Shown here in pieces: positions 40,601 to 49,838 of a DNA stretch of 49,838 nt (positions are counted from its first letter, which is position 1; the number at the start of each line of letters is the position of its first letter). The notes beneath the pieces were generated by a model. The model ran no database searches, had not been told where the DNA came from, and saw only the letters and a program-made list of their open reading frames with translations. This DNA is from Nemertoderma westbladi (Eukaryota > Animalia > Xenacoelomorpha). Where the stretch lies: contig JAUCBJ010008812.1 in the NCBI GenBank assembly GCA_032718475.1, forward strand, positions 1-49,838, in the 5' to 3' direction. Both the position numbers and the translations under genes were made by a program.

Positions 40601-43600
40601 AATTCAACTACAAAGAAATCCCATCAAAAAATAATAAGCCCAATATTTATGAGGAAAAAACAAGTATGGATATAAATAAGTCTTCTGCAGTGGTAAAATG
40701 TTATTGACTGACATTTATTAAACGAGATCTGTCTAACACGGCAATAACACAATAATAGACTGAATAGTAGGGAATTCAGATTTCCATCTCGTTAGCTAGC
40801 TATGGCCAATCTATCTACCGGCCTGTACACATGTGGTTACTTACATTCGCATTCCCATTGAAGAGCAACTGGCTGTTCTACACACACCAAACATCCTTCC
40901 CATCCTATGTACCAGCACCGAGCCAACTTGGATGTTAACCAATAAATGAGCAGTATTTAATGAGAATCAATTTTTTATGCCGTTTTAATTACTTTAGATC
41001 AATTAAAGACACAATTATTAAAGCAAATCACTTGAACTAATTAAAAACTATAATAGAATGGAGTATGTGGATTACATCTGTATAATTTTTAAGTATAATT
41101 ATTTAAATCTTATACTGTAAAACAATTAATTTCCTTTAAAAGGCAGGTTGAAAATGGTGTTTTCACCGTAATCAACTTAATTAACTAATTAACTGCTATT
41201 ATCTTAGCTTCTCGAAGGCCACACGGAAATTCTACTTGGAAAATTTCTAAACTTTTGCCAAACAACATGTGTACCAAGTTTGGATAGATTTCATCAAAGA
41301 TTGGCCGAGTTATTAACGTTTAAAATTGAACGCGACAGAACGACAGAACGACAGAACGACAGAACGACAGAACGACAGGTTGATTAATGGTACCACTACG
41401 CTAAGGCTCACTCACTTCGTGGCTCGCCCCACAGATATGGAGTATTAATTTCAAATCCAGCTGCTATTTTATTAGCCCCTGATTTTTTATTATTGATAGT
41501 AACAGTGTGTTGGCAAGCTGTATTTTTCGAGGTGTTTGATATTATACATTTATTGTAGGAAGGTATCTAGGGGTATTAACCTCGAATGATAAGTTTATTT
41601 TACCGAACATAACTTATCTTTTATTGGCGCAATTGTAGGACTAATCCCATCACATGCGTACTTTTTAACCGGGCAGTGTACAAATTTAGGAATCGCGTAA
41701 TTTTTTCTTGAAATTAATATCTCACATATCTCTCCCAACTTGGGCCAGAAAGGTCATCAGGAAAGGGACTCAAAGAATTGTTTGCCGCTCTCTCTCCAGT
41801 AGGGGGTCAGACAGGCAGCCGGTCAGGAGATAACTGACGCCTGTGAGGCCGATTGTGTCCAGTCATTCCACTGGCCTCTAGTGGCTGGACCTCCGCATTA
41901 CTAATGTAATCCATAGTGGGGGTTGGGGGGTGCTTTTTTGCCGAGTCAGCTCTTGGGGCAAATACCACACCCTGGTTTGCCATTCCACAGGGTGGGTGTC
42001 GCAGTGGAGTCAGATATGAGGCCCATCCCCCATATCTACTCTGGCGCACGCACATGACCCACCATTGGCTGTGCAGCTCATCTGCTGGGTCATGCCCTGT
42101 ACCCTTGCTGCCAGGTGCAGGTCGCAGTGAAGTGCACTCAGAGTGGACATGAGAACACTCTACTCCTGACCAGCCATTGGTAGATCAACATCTGCCTGGC
42201 CAGGCCATATACCCCTGCAGCCAAGTATATGGGTCCTTAATCCAGGACCAAGGGCGTCCTTATCCCAGAACGAAGGGGGTCCTAGTTACAGGACCAGATT
42301 TGCCTTAGTAAGAGGGTCTATGCAGCTACAGGTGGCACCTCCTTTATGCTGCATGGAGGTGGCAAGTTTTCTTGATCAATGACCTAGAATACCTAACCTG
42401 ACCTTGAGTCATCAGCAAAGTCTAGATCAGTTAGGTACTTGGCTGGATTTCCTCGACTTCTGGAGCCAGTAGGTGGAGTTATCATCACCCCATCATCATT
42501 ATGATGATCTAAGGACATGCGTGACCAGAACCTACTCTTTGGCGCAAGTGATGATTATTCTCAATTTTGGTGATGGACAACTTTTAGTTCTCCTACGGCA
42601 TTATTATTATGCTCATTAGAACCGCAATGACCGACTTAGAAGGGGTAGACACCATCAAAACATGCATAGAGCGAATAGATCTTGAGATATTGTAGAAAAT
42701 GTTAAGTACGGCACATGTCAACATTACTGCCTTGATGATTTATAGACAAATACACAAAAATGTTACTTCTGATTATCTTAAGGCATCAATAATATACACA
42801 TCACTGCAACAAATTGATTTAGTGTATACAGAGACCTTCAAAATTAAAGAGTGGTACATAATTCACTATAGTTTTTGTACAAAATGTGTGGAATGGGTCA
42901 ACTCAATATCAAGTAGTAATTGGTGGACATAGTCTTGACATTTTGTAAAATAACTCAAGAACTAATGACTCTACTCTTATTTTGAAGGTGTCTTCACCCA
43001 CTATATCGATCATTTCTGTGATGTGTCTATTTTTTGATTCCTTGAGATAATTCAAAATATCATTTATTGTGTATTTGTCCATATCACATCAAGGCGGTAA
43101 TGTAGACTTGTGCCGTACTTCACATTTTCTGCGATATCTCAAGAACTATTCGCTCTAAATCGGACATTGCGGTTCTAATGAGTATAATATGAATGCAGTA
43201 GGAGAACTCAAAGTTGGCCATCGCGAAAATTGGGAATAATCATCACTTGCGCCAAATGGTAGGTCCTGGCCATGTGCCTGTGGCACTAGTTCCCTTGACC
43301 CAAAAGTTAAAATTTTGGTATCTAACTAAGTTTGGACCCATTTGATGACATTTGATGCATGCAGGAAGTTCTTTTTTGAGTCATTGATCTTTCATCAATG
43401 TGTTATATTGTTATACATTTCATTATGGTGCATCGCGATGGCACAAAATTTCAACCCTCTTGGGATCCGTGAAGATATAGATGAAATTTAAAGAAATTTT
43501 TTTTGCCTTATTTTTTTACCATTTGGCAACTTTTGTGCACCGGTAGAACAATGAAATCGAAAAAAGTAAAAAACGCACCGCCCTAATGCGTAGTACATAG

Positions 43601-46600
43601 TCAACCACAATTATGAACAAGAATGGTGCAAGTGTGTCTCCCTGGAGGACGCCCCATAACACTTCAAATGGTTCTGTGTCACCATCAACAGTAGACACAA
43701 ATGTTGTCGAACCATCATATACTGATCTGATTGCTGCAATAATTTCATCAGGAATCCCATATAATGAAAGTATGCTGAACATACGTGAGCGGGAGACTGA
43801 ATCAAAGGCCTTGAAGAAGTCAACAAAGATAACAGCCAGATGCCTGTCTTTCTTTTTTGATGACTCTTCAATTATCCTTCTAAGTGCCAAAATGGGCTCC
43901 ATGGTCCCACGACCTTTACGGAACCCCTTCTGATTTCCACGGAGCAGTCTCTCAATGGGATCCCTGATGCGATTTAATAGAATTATATTGTATAGCGTGA
44001 TAAAGCACCATAGAGTGTTAGTTTGCCCTTCTTGGGAACTGCCACCAACTTATTTGTTTTCATTTCTTGTCGTACTGTACATGTCTAATATGATGGGATA
44101 AATGAGCTTCAAACACTCAGGTATTTTTAAGACCTCAGGGGGGACACCATCTACTCCACTGGCACGATTGGCATTAATGGTCTTTAGTCTTTGCAGCAGC
44201 CTTCACTTCAGCAAAGCAGATATCGCCAATGGGAATATCTGCGAGTACACACTCAGACACTTTTACTCGTCAACCCTGTGGTGGTATAAAGGAAACCTGT
44301 GTTCTATTGTGGGGGGTGGGGGGGTGGGGGGGGGGGTTAATAAAGGTTGCTTTATTATGCTATGTTCACAATTGGGAGTTAGTGTGGTGTATGTATACTG
44401 CCATATTCTATACTGGGGGGGGGGGGGGGGATTCTGCCTTATTGGTAACATCCAACATAATGAGCCATTGCGTTGACTTCCGGTTTCACATTTCACACAT
44501 TCACCGATAACTTCAAACTTCACTTATATAGAACATACTACTGTACTTACTTGTTTTTAACTACTCTCTTCACTCATAAACTTATAACCTAGTAAGTTTT
44601 TTTACTGTAGAAAACTCAATTTTGCTCCTCGAAATACATAATGACGTAATACATACCGAATTGTATGCCCCCATAGACTTACTTGATTAGTGGATACTTG
44701 TTGCATCGGTGATGAGTCGGCAACTTTCACGCGAATGTCGCCTAACTCTGAACAGCGAGAGGTGCGTTGATGCTCTCGCCTAGCAACCTGTCTACTAAGC
44801 TGAGCAAGTTGGTTACTATGGGAACTTTGCTGCAATAGTTGGTTGCCATGAGGATTTGGCTGGGAGAGTTCGTTACAATAGCCATCCAGATGGGAGGAGG
44901 GATGATTACCATGGCACCTCAGCTGGGATGGTAGGTTACCATGTTTGATCAGTTGACAGGGACCATTACCAGGGTTACCAATCTGAAGGATATCTTCCCC
45001 ATAGAATTTGCTGAAAGTTTTCTCCAAAGCATCAAGTTGCTGTTTCATATGCGCGATCTGAGCACTGAAATACTCCTTTTCAATGCGGCAAAGGAAATTG
45101 TTGCGCTCAACGCCTGTCTCGACATTGTTATTATTGTTGCTATGCAACCGTAACGAGCCAACAGCTGCTGCAGAAAACATAAGATCTTCTGGATAATTCA
45201 TAGACATACCATTAGTATCGCGTACATCATTATCATCTACGAGCATCGGCGTGGAGTCGTCAGTAAGCTTGCAGTTGTCCTCATCGCTGTCAACATCGTC
45301 GATGTTTACATCATCATCTTCAGAAAGTTCATCCCCAGTCACGTTATCGTATAATCTCTTATTTAGGTTCTCATCCATAGACCTTCCAGTGCCGTCAGTT
45401 CCAGTGGATTTCGGAATACCACTCCATTGCGTCATATCATTAATAGTGCCTATCGGTGTGACGTCATAGTTCAATGCATTTACCTGTTTGTAGCTGCTAA
45501 GTAAAGGTCTCGAATCCAGGCCGCTCGAGCTTGACATAAAATGTCCAGATCTGCAGTTGTTATTAAATTCAGGGTCTGGTTTTTTTACGTCACCTATTTT
45601 GTCAAAATGCTTAGGTTTAATACTGAGATCCTGTACTTTCTCTTCATCTGCGTGAACAACCTCTTTCAAACGACTAATTTGAGACAGGGTGTTGCCAGCG
45701 TAGAAATTGGATAATCTTGAAAATGGGTAACAATTAAAGTTTAACTGGTTGCTGCGGTAACCACTCCCTGTCGTCCGGTGTGCCACAAATGATTTCATGT
45801 CGACAGCATGGTTTGACCCACATGCTGGTGTCTTTAGTAGAGTGTAGCTGTTCCTAAAACATTAACATTTATCGATCAACAAACGCTACAACAATAGCTA
45901 ACATATTCATAAATTCAGTAACAACGGTACTTTGTTCATACATTGAATCTAACTAAAGACAGCATGCAATTGTTAGTAGGCTTAAAGACCAAATTGATCA
46001 CCAAATTGAGTCAATGAGAGATATTTGTGAATACAAGGGCTATTATGAATGTAGTTTCGCCATAGATACATACATGAGTTATCAACTGTCTGGAAGGTGT
46101 TACACTCATTTTAGAAGAGACCCACTAAGAAAAAAATAAAATTTAATTGCTGGAATGCACTATTTATTCTATTTATATTTTAACAGTGGGTCGGATCAAA
46201 ATTGATCGTCAGACCCTCCAGCTTAGTATTAAATCGATGGGAATAAAACCCATGAAATAAACAGTAACTTTATTACCTGGGTAGTCCGACATCTACCCGT
46301 GGTCTTTTATTGCGTCGTTTCTTGCGCCTGATTGGTTGACCTGCCATCTTGGTAGAGCTGTCAATCATTCCACAAGGTAGACAGTCGCTACACGAGGGAA
46401 CAGTCGTAGCAGAAGCAGATAGGAAACTATTATGGGGATTTATAAACTGGGGATAGTGGTAGACATCCTGCGAAAAAATAAGGGAAACAGTCACAAGACT
46501 AAAGGATAACGTTGAATGATAATTTTACTTTTGAGATAGGGTTGATGCGCGATAAAATTGTTGGGCTAGAAACAATTGAATAAGGAGTAACAAGGTGCCC

Positions 46601-47904
46601 TGAATCGAGTGGCGGGGTGTTTTTTTTTTGTAAAAACACGTGGAAGCGGTCGAAATGGCGGGTTTAAGTAAGCCCGGGAAGCCAATTTTGAAGATCGGCG
46701 GTGATTGGCTGCTACATATTTGATGACGTCATTTCGAAGTGATCTGATAATTCGTATCTTGGTTTCTATGGAGAGAGATTTCCGATCGATTCAATACACA
46801 TTCATTTAATCTCAATACTTTCACACGTGGCTTATATCAATTAAAAGCGGAGAGTCTTGCGCGGCCTTTGACACTATACAATTAATTAAATTCATGATGA
46901 GGAACACTGATAAAATGCTGTTCACAAATGCTGTTCAGCAGTATTTCCAGCAGCAATACTGCATTCGAAGCTGTGTTGATTACGGTAAGGTCTGCAGATT
47001 AGATTGAAATAACATTAAACTTGTAATACCGGTAGTATAATAATTGGTAAGGCTACTGAATATTAAAAATGTGTCACCGGTATATCTTACTTAATGAAGG
47101 AAAGCTGCAATACTTAGCTCACCACTGAAAGGTATTGCACATTTAGTGTTATTATTAATCTGTAAATATAATCTGTAGGCCTTACCGTACTCAATGCAGA
47201 AGGGAGCTGATGTGTTATGCTTGCTTACAGGTGAGGTGATCATAGATCTGCATTGTGAACAGCATTTTATCAATATTCCTCATCATGAATTAATTAATTA
47301 TATTGTAAAAAGACGTGCAAGACTTTCCGCTTTCAATTATCGCGGTCCATAGAAACCAAGATAAAAATTATCAGAGCACTTTGTAGTAACGTCAAATCTC
47401 TAGCAGCCAATCACAGCCGATTTTCAAAATTGGCTTCCCGGCCTTATTTAAACCCGACATTTCAACCGTTTATTCGTGTTATTATAAAAAACACACCCTC
47501 CACTCGTTTCAGGGCACCTTGTTACCCCTTATTAAATTGTTTCTAGCCCAACAATTTTTTCGCGCCCCAACCCCATTAGAGATGATATATTCGATTCCGT
47601 AAATTAAAAACAATAAGAGAAGGATCAATGAGTGTCTGTTTAATTAGCAAACCATCCAACAAACGGAGTCCGCAACAGATAGAGTTGGCCTACAGTAGGC
47701 CTACTAAGAATTCAATTACTCTGAAACTTGCGTCACTGAAGTAGGTTGTTGATGAATTAATTGTCGGATCTCAAAAACAGTGGATACTATACAATAGAAA
47801 TGTAACTGTATAAGCTAGAAAGGAGGCTACATCTACTATAATTGATAATATCGAAATGCACTCACCTGTTTCCCAATAACAGTGTCAATACTATCAGGAT
47901 CCAT
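25450..47904 (-). CDS. pros: Prospero/Prox homeobox transcription factor, six coding exons, ~638 aa
   Basis: Exons 47904-47866, 46467-46277, 45853-44683, 40039-39879, 35295-35151 and 25659-25450; all introns GT-AG with compatible phases (1917 nt, 639 codons including stop). Motifs [46 protein letters not shown]...[23 protein letters not shown]...[11 protein letters not shown]..F...QEFF.AV...D.SWKKQIYKIINKLD. Confidence 0.93.
26900..27075. repeat. Short degenerate repeats of the palindrome CTACGCGTAG
   Basis: CTACGCGTAG and variants occur about eight times. Confidence 0.7.
28432..30072 (-). CDS. Intronless 546-aa protein with an N-terminal PH domain and disordered C-terminus, nested in prospero intron 5
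   Basis: HGFLWKH...SWDREYIILNGDSLYCF...IVHLYGCSL...LLADSAQLLWQWSAGLTKAI matches the PH pattern; intact ORF with elevated GC. Confidence 0.85.
   Translation of the reverse strand: METFDFLVENSVHHGFLWKHDINKGSWDREYIILNGDSLYCFRGYKECHAKDIVHLYGCSLTVDDQVLNGIQRNILRLDKDDVSVCTLLADSAQLLWQWSAGLTKAIAEARDHNSKVPVRRPSDDCTVSGLDRRKSYLLEHLLMQTNVELNDRDRQKLKLGPTKTTPSTGFSANLSDGVVDCENDYRNNNCLDFRNHEERFKRDLLNEKMRISQRLKSGVPYIVIDKTEIRSTNKGNKDHLKELEGALNAVDSEVSAYNCHSSRNRAESTVPALLTDILQPDGTLKMRKKFSFFTKNPTSQKSATIERNLNVGGASRKKGEFTRGSSAENQDYGETSCSALRVGACLDSSHESSKDGSGCSTPPGAPSTPIDGKSKRKFFFFNKQKMSFSTMDLTATGRKLPGGETTEECVSDEVKPKPKTPRMRKFVSHDNLKSRRSRYRQEESVKNDTSTSEEENSMAVGKLKRQPPVRKISAPNLRRQRFNRAASELRLNELATGGHYTDEQLTQHSFPASVPTTTDKLSMAEAVAEIEAFERDFLRGRIDGF
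30247..30305 (+). mobile_element. ~60-bp RTE LINE 3' stub
   Basis: Translates REARKELISTV*ARST* followed by TAGTA, matching REAWKDLISTVRVRST* plus the (TAG)n tail of the 37-39 kb copy. Confidence 0.7.
32636..34400 (-). mobile_element. Degraded, internally deleted RTE LINE copy (RT and endonuclease remnants)
   Basis: Fragments RLRFSGHCWRSK, TDFADDIALL, GV.HGDTLAPLLF, FVDFKKAFDSIH and CCYSPT, broken by frameshifts; unrelated insert at about 33545-33780. Confidence 0.85.
35151..35295 (-). CDS. pros: prospero exon 5 (end of homeodomain, start of Prospero domain)
   Basis: [48 protein letters not shown] between TTTTCAG and GTTAGT. Confidence 0.93.
35325..35465. repeat. Small hairpin/MITE-like inverted repeat just upstream of the exon 5 acceptor
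   Basis: ACTTTACAGTGT..TGATCC pairs with GGATCA..ACACTGTAAAGT; outer TACTTGT/ACAAGTA. Confidence 0.55.
35697..36793 (-). mobile_element. Solo LTR (1097 bp) with 5-bp target-site duplication, same family as 5100-6681
   Basis: TGT...ACA termini; ACATT at 35692-35696 and 36794-36798; homology to the left LTR ends exactly at these boundaries. Confidence 0.88.
37033..39709 (-). mobile_element. 5'-truncated RTE-clade LINE (APE endonuclease part and reverse transcriptase), one frameshift near 38810
   Basis: Endonuclease motifs CYSPT, AGDLNA, LDYIL, GSGHRIV; RT motifs NYRGICL, QNGFR, FVDFKKAFDSI, GVLQGDTLAP, FADD, YLGS; (TAG)n tail; candidate TSD GTA(A/C)AACTAAC at 37022-37032 and 39710-39720. Confidence 0.93.
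39879..40039 (-). CDS. pros: prospero exon 4 (atypical homeodomain)
   Basis: [54 protein letters not shown] between CACAG and GTCGGT. Confidence 0.95.
40845..40877 (-). CDS. Candidate 33-nt frame-preserving prospero micro-exon (NSQLLFNGNAN)
   Basis: TAG acceptor and consensus GTAAGT donor; phase 0-0 like the surrounding intron; weak polypyrimidine tract. Confidence 0.35.
41334..41378. repeat. (GACAGAAC)n 8-bp microsatellite
   Basis: About five perfect copies. Confidence 0.8.
41740..42370 (-). mobile_element. GC-rich, hairpin-dense island; possibly an isolated 5' UTR of a non-LTR element or a SINE-like element
   Basis: Series of short stems (CACCTCC/GGAGGTG, GGTCCT/AGGACC twice, CATGACCCA/TGGGTCATG, GAGT(C)AGATATG/CATATCT-ACTC, CACCCTG/CAGGGTG). 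Identity and strand are inferred. Confidence 0.3.
42510..43290. mobile_element. MITE with ~220-bp imperfect TIRs
   Basis: TTTGGCGCAAGTGATGATTATT...CTCATTAGAACCGCAATG...AAGTACGGCACA is mirrored at 43085-43275. Exact ends and TSD not resolved. Confidence 0.75.
43585..44230 (-). mobile_element. RT fragment of a second RTE-like LINE subfamily
   Basis: ILALRRIIEE...FVDFFKAFDSVSR...GVLQGDTLAPFLFIIVVDYVLR; upstream remnants VPKKG and GVDGVPPEVLK. Confidence 0.85.
44683..45853 (-). CDS. pros: prospero exon 3 (large low-complexity N-terminal region with coiled coil)
   Basis: Covers most of ORF 44602-45798; TTTTAG acceptor at 45854 and GTAAGT donor at 44682; in frame with exons 2 and 4. Confidence 0.88.
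46277..46467 (-). CDS. pros: prospero exon 2
   Basis: TTTTTCGCAG acceptor; ends [16 protein letters not shown](R), which joins NSY of exon 3 to give the prospero RVD.G.PRNSY motif. Confidence 0.85.
46538..47574. mobile_element. ~1-kb MITE with ~330-390-bp imperfect TIRs in prospero intron 1
   Basis: GGGTTG..GCGCGA.AAAATTGTTGGGCTAGAAACA...GATAAAATGCTGTTCACAA is mirrored at 47250-47574. Confidence 0.8.
47866..47904 (-). CDS. pros: Probable first coding exon of prospero (MDPDSIDTVIGKQ)
   Basis: ATG, 13 codons, strong CAG/GTGAGT donor, phase 0 matching exon 2. Confidence 0.6.
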
Positions 47905-49838
47905 TGCTTACGTAATTATATAAATTGCTCTACATGCAGACATGTACCTAATTCACTATTATACTGCAAGTCTGGCTGTTAGTTTCATTACTCTTATAGC
48001 CAGCCGATTAATTAAACTATCAGATCACAATACAGCAATACATAAACATATAATAACTACTGTACTATACAGTAAGACTATCTAAATAAACAGAGGAAAA
48101 CTTCCATAACTTTATTTGCGCTTACATTATTAACCGGTACATCAAACGTTGTATTAGGATGACCAGTAAGCCACTTTGTTGTCTTACATTTGGATTAACT
48201 TGTTTTAAATTTCCCGCGTTGTACATGAATATTTGAATTGGTTGCTATTGGATGGTCTTATTCTGTTTGTGGGCTATTTTTTCTGACGGCTGAGTATAAG
48301 GCAATATGTAATAACGTCATACTATGATAACTAATTTTTACTTTTTACAATAAAAACATCTTCCTTTTCTGGCAAAATGCTGTTGAGATGATTTGCATTA
48401 CTTTATAACAACTTGCTTGAACATTTTAAGTTTCAACGCTCACAAGAATAACTTTGGGTGTGGTTACACTCTCAGCCTCTTCAAAGACTTTATCGCAAAT
48501 AAATCAGGCTTAAGCTTAGCAAATTTATCCATCCTTAAGGTTGTGCATCAGATAATAGCGCTGAGTGTGTTTACCAAATTATATGTCAAAGCTATTCATT
48601 TTTGGTTACATATTATTATGCTTGAACTACAGTACAGTGTGTCCTACAGTATGTTTCGTGTACACATACTGTAGACACTCTTTCTATATCTTCTGTTTGT
48701 TTCTTTCCATTAGTGTAGGTACCTGATATTGTTTATGCATTAGTGTCTTGCTTGAAGGTACTTGAGTAAACAATTTTTAAGGTGTGTCCTGCACCATTCT
48801 TAGCTTTGACTGCTCTGTGTAGGAGGTAGGTAAATATACATAGAAATACATTTTCCAAGCGAACATCCAACCCTCAGGATGTAGGCCAACAACAACCAAC
48901 CACTCTTGTAGTATGCGAGACAGGGGGGGGGGGGGGGGGGGGGGGAATTGATGGAAATCACATCTTTGTGAATAAGACCGGATTTATTTTACTCCACATA
49001 TATCTCAGACATAAAATATTAACAAATAGTAAGAAATATTATTAGTCATCATAATGCGTTTGAGCGCTTTATTACAAATTTTCTCCTATCCCAACCCTAA
49101 CTGCTTTAATATATAAAGTCTTCAGAGCTGAAATTATTTAATATAATATATTTTTAATTTAAACTGTCCTTTAGTAGTTTTAATAGGCCTACATCATAGT
49201 GTTTCTACAAAAGAATACAATTTAATGCCGTGTGCAATTCTTAAAACGAAATTAATTCTTACTCAAATAAAATTCCCAAATAACATTTGATCCGACTACT
49301 GTAAATAACTGTACCCAAGACGTTTTATCCTTAATCTGAAAGTATTCAAGGAAGTTTCCAGTAACTCTTACTCATAACCAAGGCTCATTCATTCAGACAG
49401 TAACAGTTCCTTACTGTTCAGCCATATTCAATGAGGTTACCGTGTGATTCCTTTACCAAACTTGGGCAATCTAAGTTTCTTAGCAGCTGTACCTGAGATT
49501 ACCCATTCCTTCATCCAACCAAATTCCAGGATACCACAATTCCAACGCAATTAACTTACTTACTGCCGTTTTTCGGGTACTGTGCCTTTCCATGTCTTTT
49601 AAGAATATAACATTGAACATTTAATTCAAATAATATAAAATTTGTAACACGTTTTTAAGCGGATTAGTATTCGTTCTATCGGCCAACGATATACTGGTAC
49701 TGATTATCAATACAGTTAAAATGAACAAATATGTATTTTTAGTAGGCTAAAGCCTAAATCTGATAACAACTGGGGATCGCATTCATTTTACTAGAATTTC
49801 AAAATGATTACTGTAGATACCAAATAAATAATAAACAG

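Noticed and set aside
44602-45798. Stand-alone 398-aa gene
   Set aside because: Bounded by splice sites and in frame with prospero exons; it is exon 3.

Overview
AT-rich genomic DNA from a bilaterian invertebrate (spliceosomal introns, LINEs, MITEs, satellites; not prokaryotic). Host genes: an intronless GOLPH3 (+); a six-exon prospero/Prox homeobox gene (-, 47904..25450), whose homeodomain and Prospero-domain exons the ORF track misses; and an intronless PH-domain gene nested on the same strand in the last Prox intron. Repeats: several RTE-clade LINE copies, three long-TIR MITEs (one with a 9-bp TSD), a solo LTR with a perfect 5-bp TSD, a 6.6-kb 36-bp minisatellite, a 42-bp array that flips orientation, and a 15-bp array. 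The most unusual signal is at the left end. The solo LTR identifies 5100..6681 as a 3' LTR preceded by a purine-rich tract. The ~4.3 kb of coding sequence directly upstream, in the env-like position, encodes not gag/pol/env but a DEDDy (WRN/EXD/Mut-7-like) 3'-5' exonuclease fold fused to CCHC zinc knuckles, preceded by a long G-U-rich RNA hairpin. This suggests an LTR retroelement carrying a nuclease cargo. All family assignments are from motif recognition by eye; no database searches were run.
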